The position numbers and the translations under genes are program-made. From Bacteroidales bacterium (lineage in GTDB: Bacteria > Bacteroidota > Bacteroidia > Bacteroidales > UBA1402), in assembly GCA_012718945.1 (NCBI GenBank), contig JAAYBL010000144.1:8945-72944 (forward strand): a stretch of 64,000 nt of DNA. Reading direction: 5' to 3'. Shown piece after piece: positions 47,492 through 56,612 of the stretch; within the stretch, counting starts at the first letter, position 1, and the number at the start of each line of letters is the position of its first letter. Below the pieces are notes generated by a model. It had not been told where the DNA came from, made no database searches, and saw only the letters and a list, made by a program, of their open reading frames with translations.

Positions 47492-48973
47492 CTAGGGGTT
47501 GATCAGCGATACCGCCTTGCGCCAACCGGCATAATTTCGTTCTCGGTCCTGCGCTTTCATTGTGGGTCTCACCAGTTGACGGTTTGAAGTCATCGTGAGT
47601 AGCGGTTGCAAACTTTGCCGTCGCCCCAACGCCAGGGCATTCATCAGAACAGCGCCATAGGCCGACGCCTCTTTGATGGCACTACGTCTGACAGGTACGT
47701 TGAGCATATCGGCCTGGAACTGTAGCAGAAAGGCATTGCACACGGCTCCCCCATCTACCCTCAATTCTTTAAGGGACAATCCGGCGTTGGCCACCATCAC
47801 ATCTACCAGGTCCTTGATCTGATAGGCGATGGCCTCCAGGGCTGCCCTGGCAATGTGGCGTTTATTGGTCCCCCTATCCATGCCACACAAGATGGCCCTG
47901 GCTTCGTTGTTCCACCAGGGGGCACCCAGGCCTGTAAAAGCTGGCACCAGGTAAACACCCTTATTATCAGAAATGGCAGTAGCCAGCACCTCACTTTCAG
48001 AAGGATCGGAGAGCATGCCCATGTCGTGGGTAAGCCATTGCAAGGTGTCGCCCGTGCAGTGGATATTGCCCTCATAGGCATAGTAAACCTCACCCAAGGC
48101 TGCGAAACCCACGGAGGTCACCAGTCCATCGGAAGGTGCCAGGGGTTCCGGACCAATGTTGACCATTACGGACGACCCTGTACCTACTGTCGCTTTACCC
48201 ATACCGGCTTCCACACAAAGCTGGCCAACCAAGGCTCCGTGAGAATCGCCCATCACCCCGGCTATGGGGATGAAATGATCCAACAACCCGTTAAGGTTGG
48301 TTTCTCCATAGACGACATCACAAGGCCTGACTTCTGGCAACATGTTGAGAGGAATATTGAACAGATTCAACAGTTCGCTGTCCCAATCGAGGGTGTGAAT
48401 GTTGAACAACAGCGTACGCGAGGCATTGGTGACATCGGTGGCATGTACCCGACGGTCGGTCAGGTTCCACATCAGCCAGGTATCCATGGTTCCCATCAAC
48501 AAGAGCCCTTCATTGGCTTGCTCCCTGACTCCTGGCACCTGATTGAGGAGCCAGCTCACCCCACTTGCCGAAAAATAGGGATCCAACATAAGACCAGTCT
48601 TGGCCCTGACCATGTCGTTGTGACCAGCTTGTCTAAGGTTGTTGCAAAGTGCAGATCCTCGTTGGCATTGCCAAACCACGGCGTTGTACACAGGCAATCC
48701 GGTTTCCTTGTTCCAAACCACCACGGTTTCCCGCTGGTTGGTTATGGCAACGGAGGTAATTTCGTTTGCCAGTACATTGGTCGAAAAAAGTAGTTCTCTT
48801 ATGGCGGCGTCCAGATTGCGCAGGATTTCCACAGGGTCGTGTTCCACCCATCCAGGTTCGGGGTAATACTGTTCATGCTCAACAGCAGATTGTGCGGTGA
48901 GCGTTTCTTTGTCATCAAAAAGTAGGACCTTGGTGGCCGATGTGCTCTGATCTATGGCTAGTGTATAGGACAT
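47492..48973 (-). CDS. FGGY-family carbohydrate kinase, glycerol-kinase-like subfamily
   Basis: Segments AIDQSTSATKVLLFD and YPEPGWVEHDPVEI (GlpK-like), plus C-terminal FGGY motifs (VDGGAVCNAFLLQFQADM). 493 aa. Confidence 0.9.
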   Translation of the reverse strand: MSYTLAIDQSTSATKVLLFDDKETLTAQSAVEHEQYYPEPGWVEHDPVEILRNLDAAIRELLFSTNVLANEITSVAITNQRETVVVWNKETGLPVYNAVVWQCQRGSALCNNLRQAGHNDMVRAKTGLMLDPYFSASGVSWLLNQVPGVREQANEGLLLMGTMDTWLMWNLTDRRVHATDVTNASRTLLFNIHTLDWDSELLNLFNIPLNMLPEVRPCDVVYGETNLNGLLDHFIPIAGVMGDSHGALVGQLCVEAGMGKATVGTGSSVMVNIGPEPLAPSDGLVTSVGFAALGEVYYAYEGNIHCTGDTLQWLTHDMGMLSDPSESEVLATAISDNKGVYLVPAFTGLGAPWWNNEARAILCGMDRGTNKRHIARAALEAIAYQIKDLVDVMVANAGLSLKELRVDGGAVCNAFLLQFQADMLNVPVRRSAIKEASAYGAVLMNALALGRRQSLQPLLTMTSNRQLVRPTMKAQDRERNYAGWRKAVSLINP

Positions 48974-48985
48974 GTTTGATTTGTT

Positions 48986-49924
48986 TCAAAGGTTTATCCA
49001 ATCGACAACGGTCTTGACAAGACTTTCTGCATCAAGCCCGTAATGACGAAAGAGTTGGGTGGAACTACCCGTCGCCGCGTTTTCATCCGGAATGCCAACC
49101 AGCTTCATAGGCACCGGTGCCTGCTGGACAACAACCTCGGCTACGGCAGCTCCCAAGCCGCCAAAGATACTATGTTCTTCCACGGTCAGCAAGCGCCCGG
49201 TTTCCCTGGCAGCATTGACGATGGCTTCCACATCCAATGGTTTAATGGTGTGCATATCGAGCACCCTGGCCTTTATACCCATGGCTGCCAATTGCTTACC
49301 GGCTTCCAGACAATGCCAGACGGTCTCTCCGGTCCCGATCAGCGTCAAGGCATCGCCATCCAGAAGACGGTTAGCTTTTCCGAACTCATAAGGTGCATTG
49401 GTTGAATTGTACACATCGGGCACAGGATTACGCCCCACCCTGATGTATACAGGTCTTGGGTGCTTCAACAGGTCATCGACGAGCTGTCTGGTCTGGTATA
49501 TATCGCAGGGCAACTCCACGCTTAGACCAGGGAACGTCCGCAAAACGGCCAGGTCGTGGAGGCTGTGGTGGGTGGCTCCCAAGGCGCCGTAGCTGACACC
49601 TCCGCTGACACCAAGAATGGCTACATTGAATCCTGAATACGCCACATCGACCTTAACTTGTTCCAGGGATCTGGCCACGTAAAAACAGGCTGGTCCACAG
49701 ACAAAGACCTTCTTTCCCGCCGAAGCCAAACCGGCGGACACACCAACGGCGTTTTGCTCGGCAATGCCGATTTCGACAAACTGTTGAGGCAATTCCTTGG
49801 CAAAGTCGGTCAGGGTAACCGAACCTCTGGCATCGGTGGAAACAGCGATGATATCCCTGTCAAGCCTGGCATTGGCCAGCAATGCATCGGTAAAGGCCTT
49901 GCGGCATGGTATGGTCTGGGTCAT
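48986..49924 (-). CDS. Transketolase family protein, C-terminal (pyrimidine-binding) subunit
   Basis: Segments FVEIGIAEQNAVGVSAGLA and GATHHSLHDLA. 312 aa. Its start overlaps the stop of the N-terminal subunit gene by 4 nt (ATGA). Confidence 0.9.
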   Translation of the reverse strand: MTQTIPCRKAFTDALLANARLDRDIIAVSTDARGSVTLTDFAKELPQQFVEIGIAEQNAVGVSAGLASAGKKVFVCGPACFYVARSLEQVKVDVAYSGFNVAILGVSGGVSYGALGATHHSLHDLAVLRTFPGLSVELPCDIYQTRQLVDDLLKHPRPVYIRVGRNPVPDVYNSTNAPYEFGKANRLLDGDALTLIGTGETVWHCLEAGKQLAAMGIKARVLDMHTIKPLDVEAIVNAARETGRLLTVEEHSIFGGLGAAVAEVVVQQAPVPMKLVGIPDENAATGSSTQLFRHYGLDAESLVKTVVDWINL

Positions 49925-50772
49925 GGTTTCTCCGTTAAGGTTTGTATCCTGGCGTCTATCTCAGAGAGTGCCAAGGCCAATTGTTCGTTGGTCGGTACGC
50001 CGTGATGCCAGCTGGCAACATTTTCCATGTAGGAAACGCCCTTACCCTTGGTCGTATGGGCAATGATCATGGTGGGCTTACCAACCGGCTGCCAATTGTC
50101 CAGGCAATCAACCAGGGCGGCCATGTCATTGCCATCCACTTCTTTCACATCCCATCCCAGGCTTTCCCAACGCTGGCGCATGGGTTCCAGGGTCATAACC
50201 GATTCGGTGGGACCGCTGATTTGCAAACCGTTTCTGTCGATGAAGGCAATCAGGTTGTCCAAGTGGTAGTGTGAGGCTGTCATGGCGGCTTCGTACACAG
50301 AGCCTTCACCCTGCTCGCCATCGCCCATCAGGACAAAGGTCCGGTAGGATTTGGCATCCATTTTTGCTGCCAACGCCATGCCCACACCCACCGATAAGCC
50401 ATGGCCGAGAGCGCCACTGTTCAACTCAATGCCAGGTACTTTTCGGGTGGGATGGCCTGCCAATATGGATTGGAAAGTTCCATACGTATCCAACCAACTA
50501 TCCGGAAAGAAGTTGGCCTTCGCCAATGTGCAATAAAAGCTTTCTACGCTATGTCCTTTGCTGAGGATGAAACGATCTCTATCCGGCCAATCGGGTTGGT
50601 CGCTGCGGTAGCGCATGGCATGGAAGTACAGGACGGTCAGGATGTCGGTGGCTGAAAGGGAGCCTCCTGTGTGACCGGCTTTGGCGTTAAAAATCACTTG
50701 CAGGCATCGCCTGCGAATTTCTTCTGCCTTCAGCCTTAGTCGCCGAATAGAGTCCGGCTGCTGGTGGTTCAT
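49921..50772 (-). CDS. Transketolase, N-terminal (thiamine-diphosphate-binding) subunit
   Basis: Segments GHTGGSLS and SKGH, with TPP motif VLMGDGEQGEGSVYEA. 283 aa. Confidence 0.9.
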   Translation of the reverse strand: MNHQQPDSIRRLRLKAEEIRRRCLQVIFNAKAGHTGGSLSATDILTVLYFHAMRYRSDQPDWPDRDRFILSKGHSVESFYCTLAKANFFPDSWLDTYGTFQSILAGHPTRKVPGIELNSGALGHGLSVGVGMALAAKMDAKSYRTFVLMGDGEQGEGSVYEAAMTASHYHLDNLIAFIDRNGLQISGPTESVMTLEPMRQRWESLGWDVKEVDGNDMAALVDCLDNWQPVGKPTMIIAHTTKGKGVSYMENVASWHHGVPTNEQLALALSEIDARIQTLTEKP

Positions 50773-50809
50773 GGTTAAGGTCGGTTATGCTTGACGTACA
50801 ATGCTTAGC

Positions 50810-50817
50810 CAAAAATA
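50810..50817 (-). promoter_or_regulatory. Putative -7 box TATTTTTG for the eight-gene transketolase/ABC operon
   Basis: The reverse complement of caaaaata matches TAnnTTTG. It lies 38 nt upstream of ATG 50772. Confidence 0.4.
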
Positions 50818-50865
50818 GAATTATAAACCAACACTTACAAACAGGTTTCCGGTCCATTAAAAGAA

Positions 50866-50891
50866 ACACCGACCTTCATCAAGGCCGGTGT
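50866..50891 (-). terminator. Terminator hairpin downstream of the padR-pspC unit
   Basis: ACACCGACCTT pairs with AAGGCCGGTGT (11 bp with one mismatch, 4-nt loop). A T-rich TTCTTTT follows on the minus strand. Confidence 0.55.
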
Positions 50892-51012
50892 ATTCGTCAA
50901 TCGGTGGCAGTTAGTGACATTTTAAAGCCTGTAGGAGCCATTATCTTGTCCTGCAACTCATAACAGGACAGCACAGTTCAGCCAACTATTTGATGTAAAT
51001 TTAATCCAACAA

Positions 51013-52098
51013 CTACATGCACCAAGCGCCATAGTGGGAAAAAAAGCCCAAACCGGCAAAGATGATAAATGCAATACCGGCCAACCATAGGATGAGCGCT
51101 GTCCATGAAAGCCATTTAGGTGTCGGTTTCAAGTTAAGTGACCGACCGAATAGCAAGACAAACAAGCTGATGAAGGGAATGGCTATCACAAGGATCAAAC
51201 CCAGGGTAACCCAAACGGCGATGGACGGTTGAGCCATGAGTTGCTCCATGGGATAGAACCCGACAAACCAATCGCTCATAAATGTCACGCTGCCGGTGGC
51301 CATGGTAATGAGGACGAACAGTAGAACCATCAGCAGAATGAAACCAACCAGCCCGATAATGCCACTGATAAGGCCAACAATACCCTTGGCCAGGATGACA
51401 AAAAAGCGACCCAAACCGTGGCCGATGCTTCTGGCATTTTGTTCGATGTGAGAGTTGTCCACCAGGTTGCTAACCCTGCCTCTGGCTTTATCAAACTCTT
51501 CCTTGACCTTCTTTTCGATGTTGTCGATGGTCACGTCTTCGCCTTCCATTTCCAGGCGTTGCGAGGCTGTAATAGCCTCAGGAATCACAATCCAGCAGAT
51601 GATATACATCCATACACCTGTCAAACCAAAGAAGGACAGCAAAATAAATCCCAACCGGAAGAAGACCTCACTGACGCCAAAGAACTTGGACAAACCGGTG
51701 GTCACACCACCCAGGACAGCACCTTCTGGATCCCTGTACAACTTACGTCGACGCTGTTCAAAACGGGTAGAGCCATGCTCATCGTTCCTTGGCGAACCGG
51801 TGCTACCGGACATATTGTCCGAGGCATTGTCGGACGTGTTGTCGTATTGCTCGGGGCGTCCGAGGATATCAATCACCTTCTTGACGTCGGTCAATGTCAC
51901 CACTTCCCGGCGGCCTTGCATCCATTCGTTGAACAATTCGCTCATGCGGTGTTCGATATCGTTGAGCACTTCTTCGGCCGATGCTTCATCGCCCAGGTGG
52001 TGCTTTACCTCGTTAAGATACGACGTCAATGAAGCATAAGCGTCCTCGTCTATATGAAAGACCGTTCCGCCTAAATTGACACTCAAGGTTTTTTTCAT
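51013..52098 (-). CDS. PspC domain-containing membrane protein
   Basis: PspC motif KLYRDPEGAVLGGVTTGLSKFFGVSEVFFRLGFILL. Several further TM helices follow. 361 aa. Confidence 0.8.
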   Translation of the reverse strand: MKKTLSVNLGGTVFHIDEDAYASLTSYLNEVKHHLGDEASAEEVLNDIEHRMSELFNEWMQGRREVVTLTDVKKVIDILGRPEQYDNTSDNASDNMSGSTGSPRNDEHGSTRFEQRRRKLYRDPEGAVLGGVTTGLSKFFGVSEVFFRLGFILLSFFGLTGVWMYIICWIVIPEAITASQRLEMEGEDVTIDNIEKKVKEEFDKARGRVSNLVDNSHIEQNARSIGHGLGRFFVILAKGIVGLISGIIGLVGFILLMVLLFVLITMATGSVTFMSDWFVGFYPMEQLMAQPSIAVWVTLGLILVIAIPFISLFVLLFGRSLNLKPTPKWLSWTALILWLAGIAFIIFAGLGFFSHYGAWCM

Positions 52099-52131
52099 CT
52101 TATGTTGGTTTAATCGTTTTCTTGCTGTGTA

Positions 52132-52455
52132 TCAGTCGTTCAGGTGATTGATGGCGCCTGACAATTCTTTCCAGGCGGCTTCCAATTCCTGCAGATTGGC
52201 AGCACCTTCTTCAGTGAGGGAAAAATATTTGCGGGGAGGGCCCTGGGTTGATTCAACCCATTCGTAGGACAACAACCCGTCGTTTTTCAAACGGGTCAAC
52301 AAGGGATACAAGGTCCCTTCCACCACGATGAGGTGGGCGCTTTTCAGGCCTTCAATGATGTCGGAGGTGTACGAGGGTCGTTTACGGACAATCAGCAACG
52401 TACAATACTCCAAAAAGCCTTTGCGCATCTGCGATTTGATGTTTTCGATATCCAT
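52132..52455 (-). CDS. PadR family transcriptional regulator
   Basis: Winged-helix PadR pattern GFLEYCTLLIV...SYTSDIIEGL...EGTLYPLLTRLKNDGLLSYEW. About 107 aa from ATG 52455. Confidence 0.85.
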   Translation of the reverse strand: MDIENIKSQMRKGFLEYCTLLIVRKRPSYTSDIIEGLKSAHLIVVEGTLYPLLTRLKNDGLLSYEWVESTQGPPRKYFSLTEEGAANLQELEAAWKELSGAINHLND

Positions 52456-52472
52456 GCCTTTTGAATTTGCGA

Positions 52473-52480
52473 CAAAGATA
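52473..52480 (-). promoter_or_regulatory. Putative -7 box TATCTTTG for padR-pspC
   Basis: The reverse complement of caaagata matches TAnnTTTG. It lies 18 nt upstream of ATG 52455. Confidence 0.4.
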
Positions 52481-52571
52481 TGCAAAATATAGTTCCTTGC
52501 AATACATAGTAGTAATTTTTTACAAGGTACTAGGCATTTTTTTATCCGACGTGTATTATTTCAAGGTTTTC

Positions 52572-54206
52572 TTAGTCTGTTATCCTGAATTTTTGGCTCA
52601 TTCCGTTGTATTGCAGCAGATAAAGACCAGGAGACAGACCGGGCAACACCTGCAAATGAGCGGTTGACAGACAGCGGGTCACACGTTGACCGGTTAAGGA
52701 GTAAACGGTAATGACCTCACCACTGACAGGTGCCTGGAAATACAGCGTATTGGGAGCCGTATAAAGGCTGACATGGGCAGCACTTACAGGACGCTGTACG
52801 CTTGAGAGTAAGGTGACCGGCATTTCAGCCGAGGGTGCACTCAGGTAGCCATCGTTACGGGACTGAAGAGTATAGACATATGTTTGTCCAGGGGTCAAGC
52901 CATCCACCTCACCTTCGGTTTCAGGTAGGGAGTCCAGCACGTTGACCAGGTTCAGGGTAGCGCCCTCTAGGGAATAAACATTCAGTCGGTAATGTTCGGC
53001 ATAGGACGATGGCTGCCAATGGGCTGTAAAACCAGTAGCACTCAAGTTGGTAGCCGGCATGACCTGAGGTGGAAGCAGGCTGTCAACGGGAATGCCTTTG
53101 GCGTTTATGTTCACCTTTACGCTGCCTTGAATACCGCCGTCGTAAATAATCAGCGAAGCTGTGTGATCACCGGCTTGGCTCGGTTGGTAAGTCAGGCTTA
53201 GTTGATACCCACTGTTGCCCTGTGCGGCCGAAATCTCCTTGACGGCTGACTGGAATTGGGCATAATCGTCCACTTGTTCAATTAAAACAGAGAGGGGCGC
53301 ATTCAGGGAAACGCCTTTCACATAAAGCGTGCGTTGACGGACATTTCCTACAATGGTGGGACCGAAAACCAGCTCCGTCTCGTTGGTTGGCGTAGACAGG
53401 ACAGGTTTACTGGCCACATCGAGTGTGAAGGTTTGACCGGCGGATGCCCCCCACAAGTACTCAGCCAACTCGGGGTAATCAATGAAGGGGTTGCGGTTGT
53501 TTTGAATTTTGAACACCGCTTCGTTGCGGTTGGTCTCTTTGGTGCTGACAGGATCCTGTCGGTGCCAACCCATCAACAACTGGATGGCCCAGGGTTTGAG
53601 CGTGGGATACGTGTTTTGATCGACCATATAGGTGTACCGCCAGTTCAAGTTTTGGTAGCAGGTCACCATGTAAAAGTAGGTACGGGCAAAGTCGCCTTTG
53701 TAGGCATCGTCCGGTTCAAAGACCATGGCATCGGTACCATAGCCAGGAAAGATGTTTCGCCCAACGCGGGTAACACCATTGTCGAAGGTTGTGTTTCCAA
53801 CCATACCCAGGGGGTAGTTGCTTTTGGCCATGTTGGCATCGCCATCCGATGGATACAGGTGATTGATGTCAGTATAGGCGGCATTCACATCCCCACCCCA
53901 CCAGCTTTTGGGAAAGGCGTGTTCGCGGTTCATGCCCCAACTACTGGTACGTACCACGTTTGAATACATGTCCCAGATACTGCCGTCGTCCCTCACATCG
54001 GTGGTTTTGAAGAACGTCCACAAGCTGGCGTAATCGTGAACGGTATGGTTGAGCAGCAGGTTGGAGAGAGTTGTCTTGAGGGCTTCGCTCTTTTTGCCGT
54101 TGAGGACGTCGTAATAGCCGTTGGGGTTGGCCGCTTGTAAAGTAACGGACAACCAAACAACACACACCAGGAGGCAAAAGGAGCGATAATGGAACATAGT
54201 GAGCAT
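52572..54206 (-). CDS. Secreted endonuclease I family nuclease with Ig/FN3-like extension and T9SS C-terminal sorting domain
   Basis: Endonuclease I motifs NREHAFPKSWWGG and NNRNPFIDYPELAEYLWG. An FN3-like segment follows (ATGFTAHWQPSSYAEHYRLNVY...GLTPGQTYVYTLQ). C-terminal tail ITVYSLTGQRV...GLYLLQYNG...FRITD. Confidence 0.8.
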   Translation of the reverse strand: MLTMFHYRSFCLLVCVVWLSVTLQAANPNGYYDVLNGKKSEALKTTLSNLLLNHTVHDYASLWTFFKTTDVRDDGSIWDMYSNVVRTSSWGMNREHAFPKSWWGGDVNAAYTDINHLYPSDGDANMAKSNYPLGMVGNTTFDNGVTRVGRNIFPGYGTDAMVFEPDDAYKGDFARTYFYMVTCYQNLNWRYTYMVDQNTYPTLKPWAIQLLMGWHRQDPVSTKETNRNEAVFKIQNNRNPFIDYPELAEYLWGASAGQTFTLDVASKPVLSTPTNETELVFGPTIVGNVRQRTLYVKGVSLNAPLSVLIEQVDDYAQFQSAVKEISAAQGNSGYQLSLTYQPSQAGDHTASLIIYDGGIQGSVKVNINAKGIPVDSLLPPQVMPATNLSATGFTAHWQPSSYAEHYRLNVYSLEGATLNLVNVLDSLPETEGEVDGLTPGQTYVYTLQSRNDGYLSAPSAEMPVTLLSSVQRPVSAAHVSLYTAPNTLYFQAPVSGEVITVYSLTGQRVTRCLSTAHLQVLPGLSPGLYLLQYNGMSQKFRITD

Positions 54207-54242
54207 AAAAAAGCCATCCGTTTAGCGAACTAAACGGATGGC
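54207..54242 (-). terminator. Strong hairpin plus T-run between the choice-of-anchor-J-like gene and the 544-aa endonuclease gene
   Basis: GCCATCCGTTTAG and CTAAACGGATGGC form a perfect 13-bp stem with loop CGAA (54213-54242). On the minus strand TTTTTT follows and runs directly into ATG 54206. Confidence 0.7.
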
Positions 54243-54255
54243 CGTGAATGAGTGG

Positions 54256-56472
54256 TTAAAGAACGATCTTAGTCGTTGTTTTGCCAACGCGTACCAGGTA
54301 CAACTGGCTTGGTGTCAGCGATAGGTTGTTGTTGCCTTCGTGTGCGACAACGGTGGTCACCTTGCGACCGAGCACGTTGTACACCTCGATGACCTGGCCT
54401 TGTTTGGCTACTACCGTCAATTGACCGTTGCTACCAAAGACGTTCAGCGAAGCTTGAGCAGCTGGACGTTTGGGCAGTGCCGTGGTGACATTGATGTCAG
54501 TCAGGCTGCGCGGGAAGAATTGAACAGTACCGTTATATTCAAGGGCCAGGGCGACATAATTAACGGCACCAACGGGGATGTTGGTCTCGGCTGTCATGTA
54601 ATCCAAGCCTGTATAGTTCGTACGCAACACAAGGGTGTCCTTGCCATCGGTGAAGTTGAAATTGGTTTTGGCTGTACCCCAGGTTGTTTTTCCACTGACG
54701 TTGGTCAATTGGTTGAGACGGATCAGCATGGATTCGTACTTATCCTTATTAGCCTTGTACTCAGCTATGGTCAATTCGACAGGAGTCAGGGTATTGTTTG
54801 AGCTGTTGACAGTGGCATTCTTCACAGGAATGAGTTCCATCACACCGCCGTAGGTATCAAAGGTTCCCGTCAGGTTCTTAACGCCATCGCCTACGTTTAG
54901 GTCAGTTGTAATCAAACCCTTGGTGTCGTAAATCAACACACCACCCTTGCTATCCTGGAAGTACTTGGAGTTTCCTGAACTGTGTTTGAAGCTCATGATT
55001 GCTTCGCCGGTAACGCGGTAGATCGTGGTTTCATCGGTGGGGGCAGCATCATAAGCAGCACGCAAAGCACCCAGGTCGGCTACTTCAACGGCTTGCCAGG
55101 CTTTACCCGTCACTGTAGCGGTGATGGCTTCGGCCAATCCGCCACCAGAAATGGTGATAACAGCGGTATCATTACCGACAGCGGTAGGCACATAATTGAC
55201 CTGGAGTTCATAACCGGCTGAGTCGATGACATCTGCGGCGGGTACGGAGGTAATCTTGGTATTGAAGGCTGTACCGACGGTATTGACCAGTGCAACGGTC
55301 AGATTACCGGTCAGATTGGTACCGGTAAGGGTCAGTTGCTTGGAAACCGTAGCACCGACTTCGGCATCAAAAGCAGCACCGGTCAGTGCGGCAACGGGAG
55401 TGTTGCTGGCAATCTGACGTTGTGAGATCACTAAACTATCAAGGAAGAAACGTCCTTTGGAAGCTTGGTTACCAGCAATGGTAAGAACCGTTTGGGATGT
55501 CCCACCAGTCACCTCAACGGGGCCATATGATACCAATACATAGGGTGTATCAATAGGCAAGCCAGATACGGTGGTGGCTTCCACTCCGTTGACTAACAGT
55601 TTTATTGTGGGACTGTCGTTCCTCCAGGCTGCAGCCTTGAAGGATACATAGAACTTACCACCGTCTTTTGACAAATCCATGGACGGCGTAACAATCGTCC
55701 CCAACCCCGAAGAAGAACCCAATTTGACGACACCTCCGGCTTGATTGACTTTGGTTCCACTCCATCCTGTTGTCTGGGTGTACGTATCCATCGTAGTGCC
55801 CACGTCTGTACCATCGGGAGAATTCAAGGTTCCTTTAGTGAATTTGTCAAAGTTTTCGCTCAAAACTATGGTGGGTTGAACAACGGGTTCATCAACCACT
55901 GATTCGACCAGCACATCCTTGATTTCCCAAGTGGCAGCATCGTTAATGGCTGCAGAGTCGGATTTGTAACGGAAAGCAAAGCGTACATTTTCCTTACCAG
56001 CATAGGCATCAAGGGCTATCAAACCCGAGCTGACAAAATTGTAATCATTGCCAGTACCATAGGTGAAATCAAACTTCGTCCACTTGGAGGAGTCAATGTC
56101 ACCACCTGTGTAACTATCGGTGACCCACAGTGTCAAGTTCCAGGTGGGATACAAGCCGTATTTATGGCAATTCTGAAAACTCAGGTTGGCTTTCTGGACA
56201 TCGGAGAAGTCCATAGAAGGAGACACCAACCAGTCTTCGTTCAACTTAGGAGCACTGGCATAGCCCGATATCTTGGCAAAGCCGGTGCCACTGAAAGATG
56301 ACCAGGCCCAAACTTGGTCACCCTTTACTGAAACAGGGGTGAAACTTCCTAATGAAGTGGCAAAAGTTTCCGAAAGTAAGGTGGCAGCCGAAGCGCCGGA
56401 AGCCATAAAAAGCAGGCCGGCTGTGACGACCAGCCATTTTTTAAAACGTAGAGTAGCATTTTTCATAGACAC
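54256..56472 (-). CDS. T9SS-sorted surface protein: N-terminal choice-of-anchor-J-like module, central beta-rich region, OB-like (DUF5689-like) module, T9SS C-terminal domain
   Basis: Signal peptide present. The ETFATSLGSF...NEDWLVSP...RFAFRYK...ATWEIKDVLVE module is paralogous to the C-terminus of the 57740-59905 lipoprotein. The segment IYRVTGEAIM...GGVLIYD...VGDGVKNLTGTFDTYGGVMEL resembles the OB-like modules of extracellular nucleases. C-terminal tail IEVYNVLGRKV...LYLVRVGKTTTKIVL. Confidence 0.6.
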   Translation of the reverse strand: MSMKNATLRFKKWLVVTAGLLFMASGASAATLLSETFATSLGSFTPVSVKGDQVWAWSSFSGTGFAKISGYASAPKLNEDWLVSPSMDFSDVQKANLSFQNCHKYGLYPTWNLTLWVTDSYTGGDIDSSKWTKFDFTYGTGNDYNFVSSGLIALDAYAGKENVRFAFRYKSDSAAINDAATWEIKDVLVESVVDEPVVQPTIVLSENFDKFTKGTLNSPDGTDVGTTMDTYTQTTGWSGTKVNQAGGVVKLGSSSGLGTIVTPSMDLSKDGGKFYVSFKAAAWRNDSPTIKLLVNGVEATTVSGLPIDTPYVLVSYGPVEVTGGTSQTVLTIAGNQASKGRFFLDSLVISQRQIASNTPVAALTGAAFDAEVGATVSKQLTLTGTNLTGNLTVALVNTVGTAFNTKITSVPAADVIDSAGYELQVNYVPTAVGNDTAVITISGGGLAEAITATVTGKAWQAVEVADLGALRAAYDAAPTDETTIYRVTGEAIMSFKHSSGNSKYFQDSKGGVLIYDTKGLITTDLNVGDGVKNLTGTFDTYGGVMELIPVKNATVNSSNNTLTPVELTIAEYKANKDKYESMLIRLNQLTNVSGKTTWGTAKTNFNFTDGKDTLVLRTNYTGLDYMTAETNIPVGAVNYVALALEYNGTVQFFPRSLTDINVTTALPKRPAAQASLNVFGSNGQLTVVAKQGQVIEVYNVLGRKVTTVVAHEGNNNLSLTPSQLYLVRVGKTTTKIVL

Positions 56473-56507
56473 TTGTTTTTAGATGAGACACCCAGTAAAT
56501 CCAAATC

Positions 56508-56515
56508 CAAAAGTA
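56508..56515 (-). promoter_or_regulatory. Putative -7 box TACTTTTG for the choice-of-anchor-J-like gene
   Basis: The reverse complement of caaaagta matches TAnnTTTG. It lies 36 nt upstream of ATG 56472, in a 140-nt AT-rich spacer. Confidence 0.4.
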
Positions 56516-56612
56516 CACAATAATAAATAAATATACAGTGATGTGTTGTGACAAAATTCCTAAAAAACAGTTACATCCATCCAATTAACACAAAAGAGCC
56601 GTCAAGGCACAT

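Noticed and set aside
47855-48793. A 312-aa plus-strand ORF inside the FGGY kinase gene. Similar long antisense ORFs occur at 1216-1854, 3758-4366, 12149-12658, 24512-25024, 32533-33081, 39119-39664, 51418-52039, 53334-53963 and 56673-57524.
   Set aside because: Every one lies antisense to a gene with unmistakable family motifs, and none has motifs of its own. Long antisense ORFs are expected in moderately GC-rich coding DNA.
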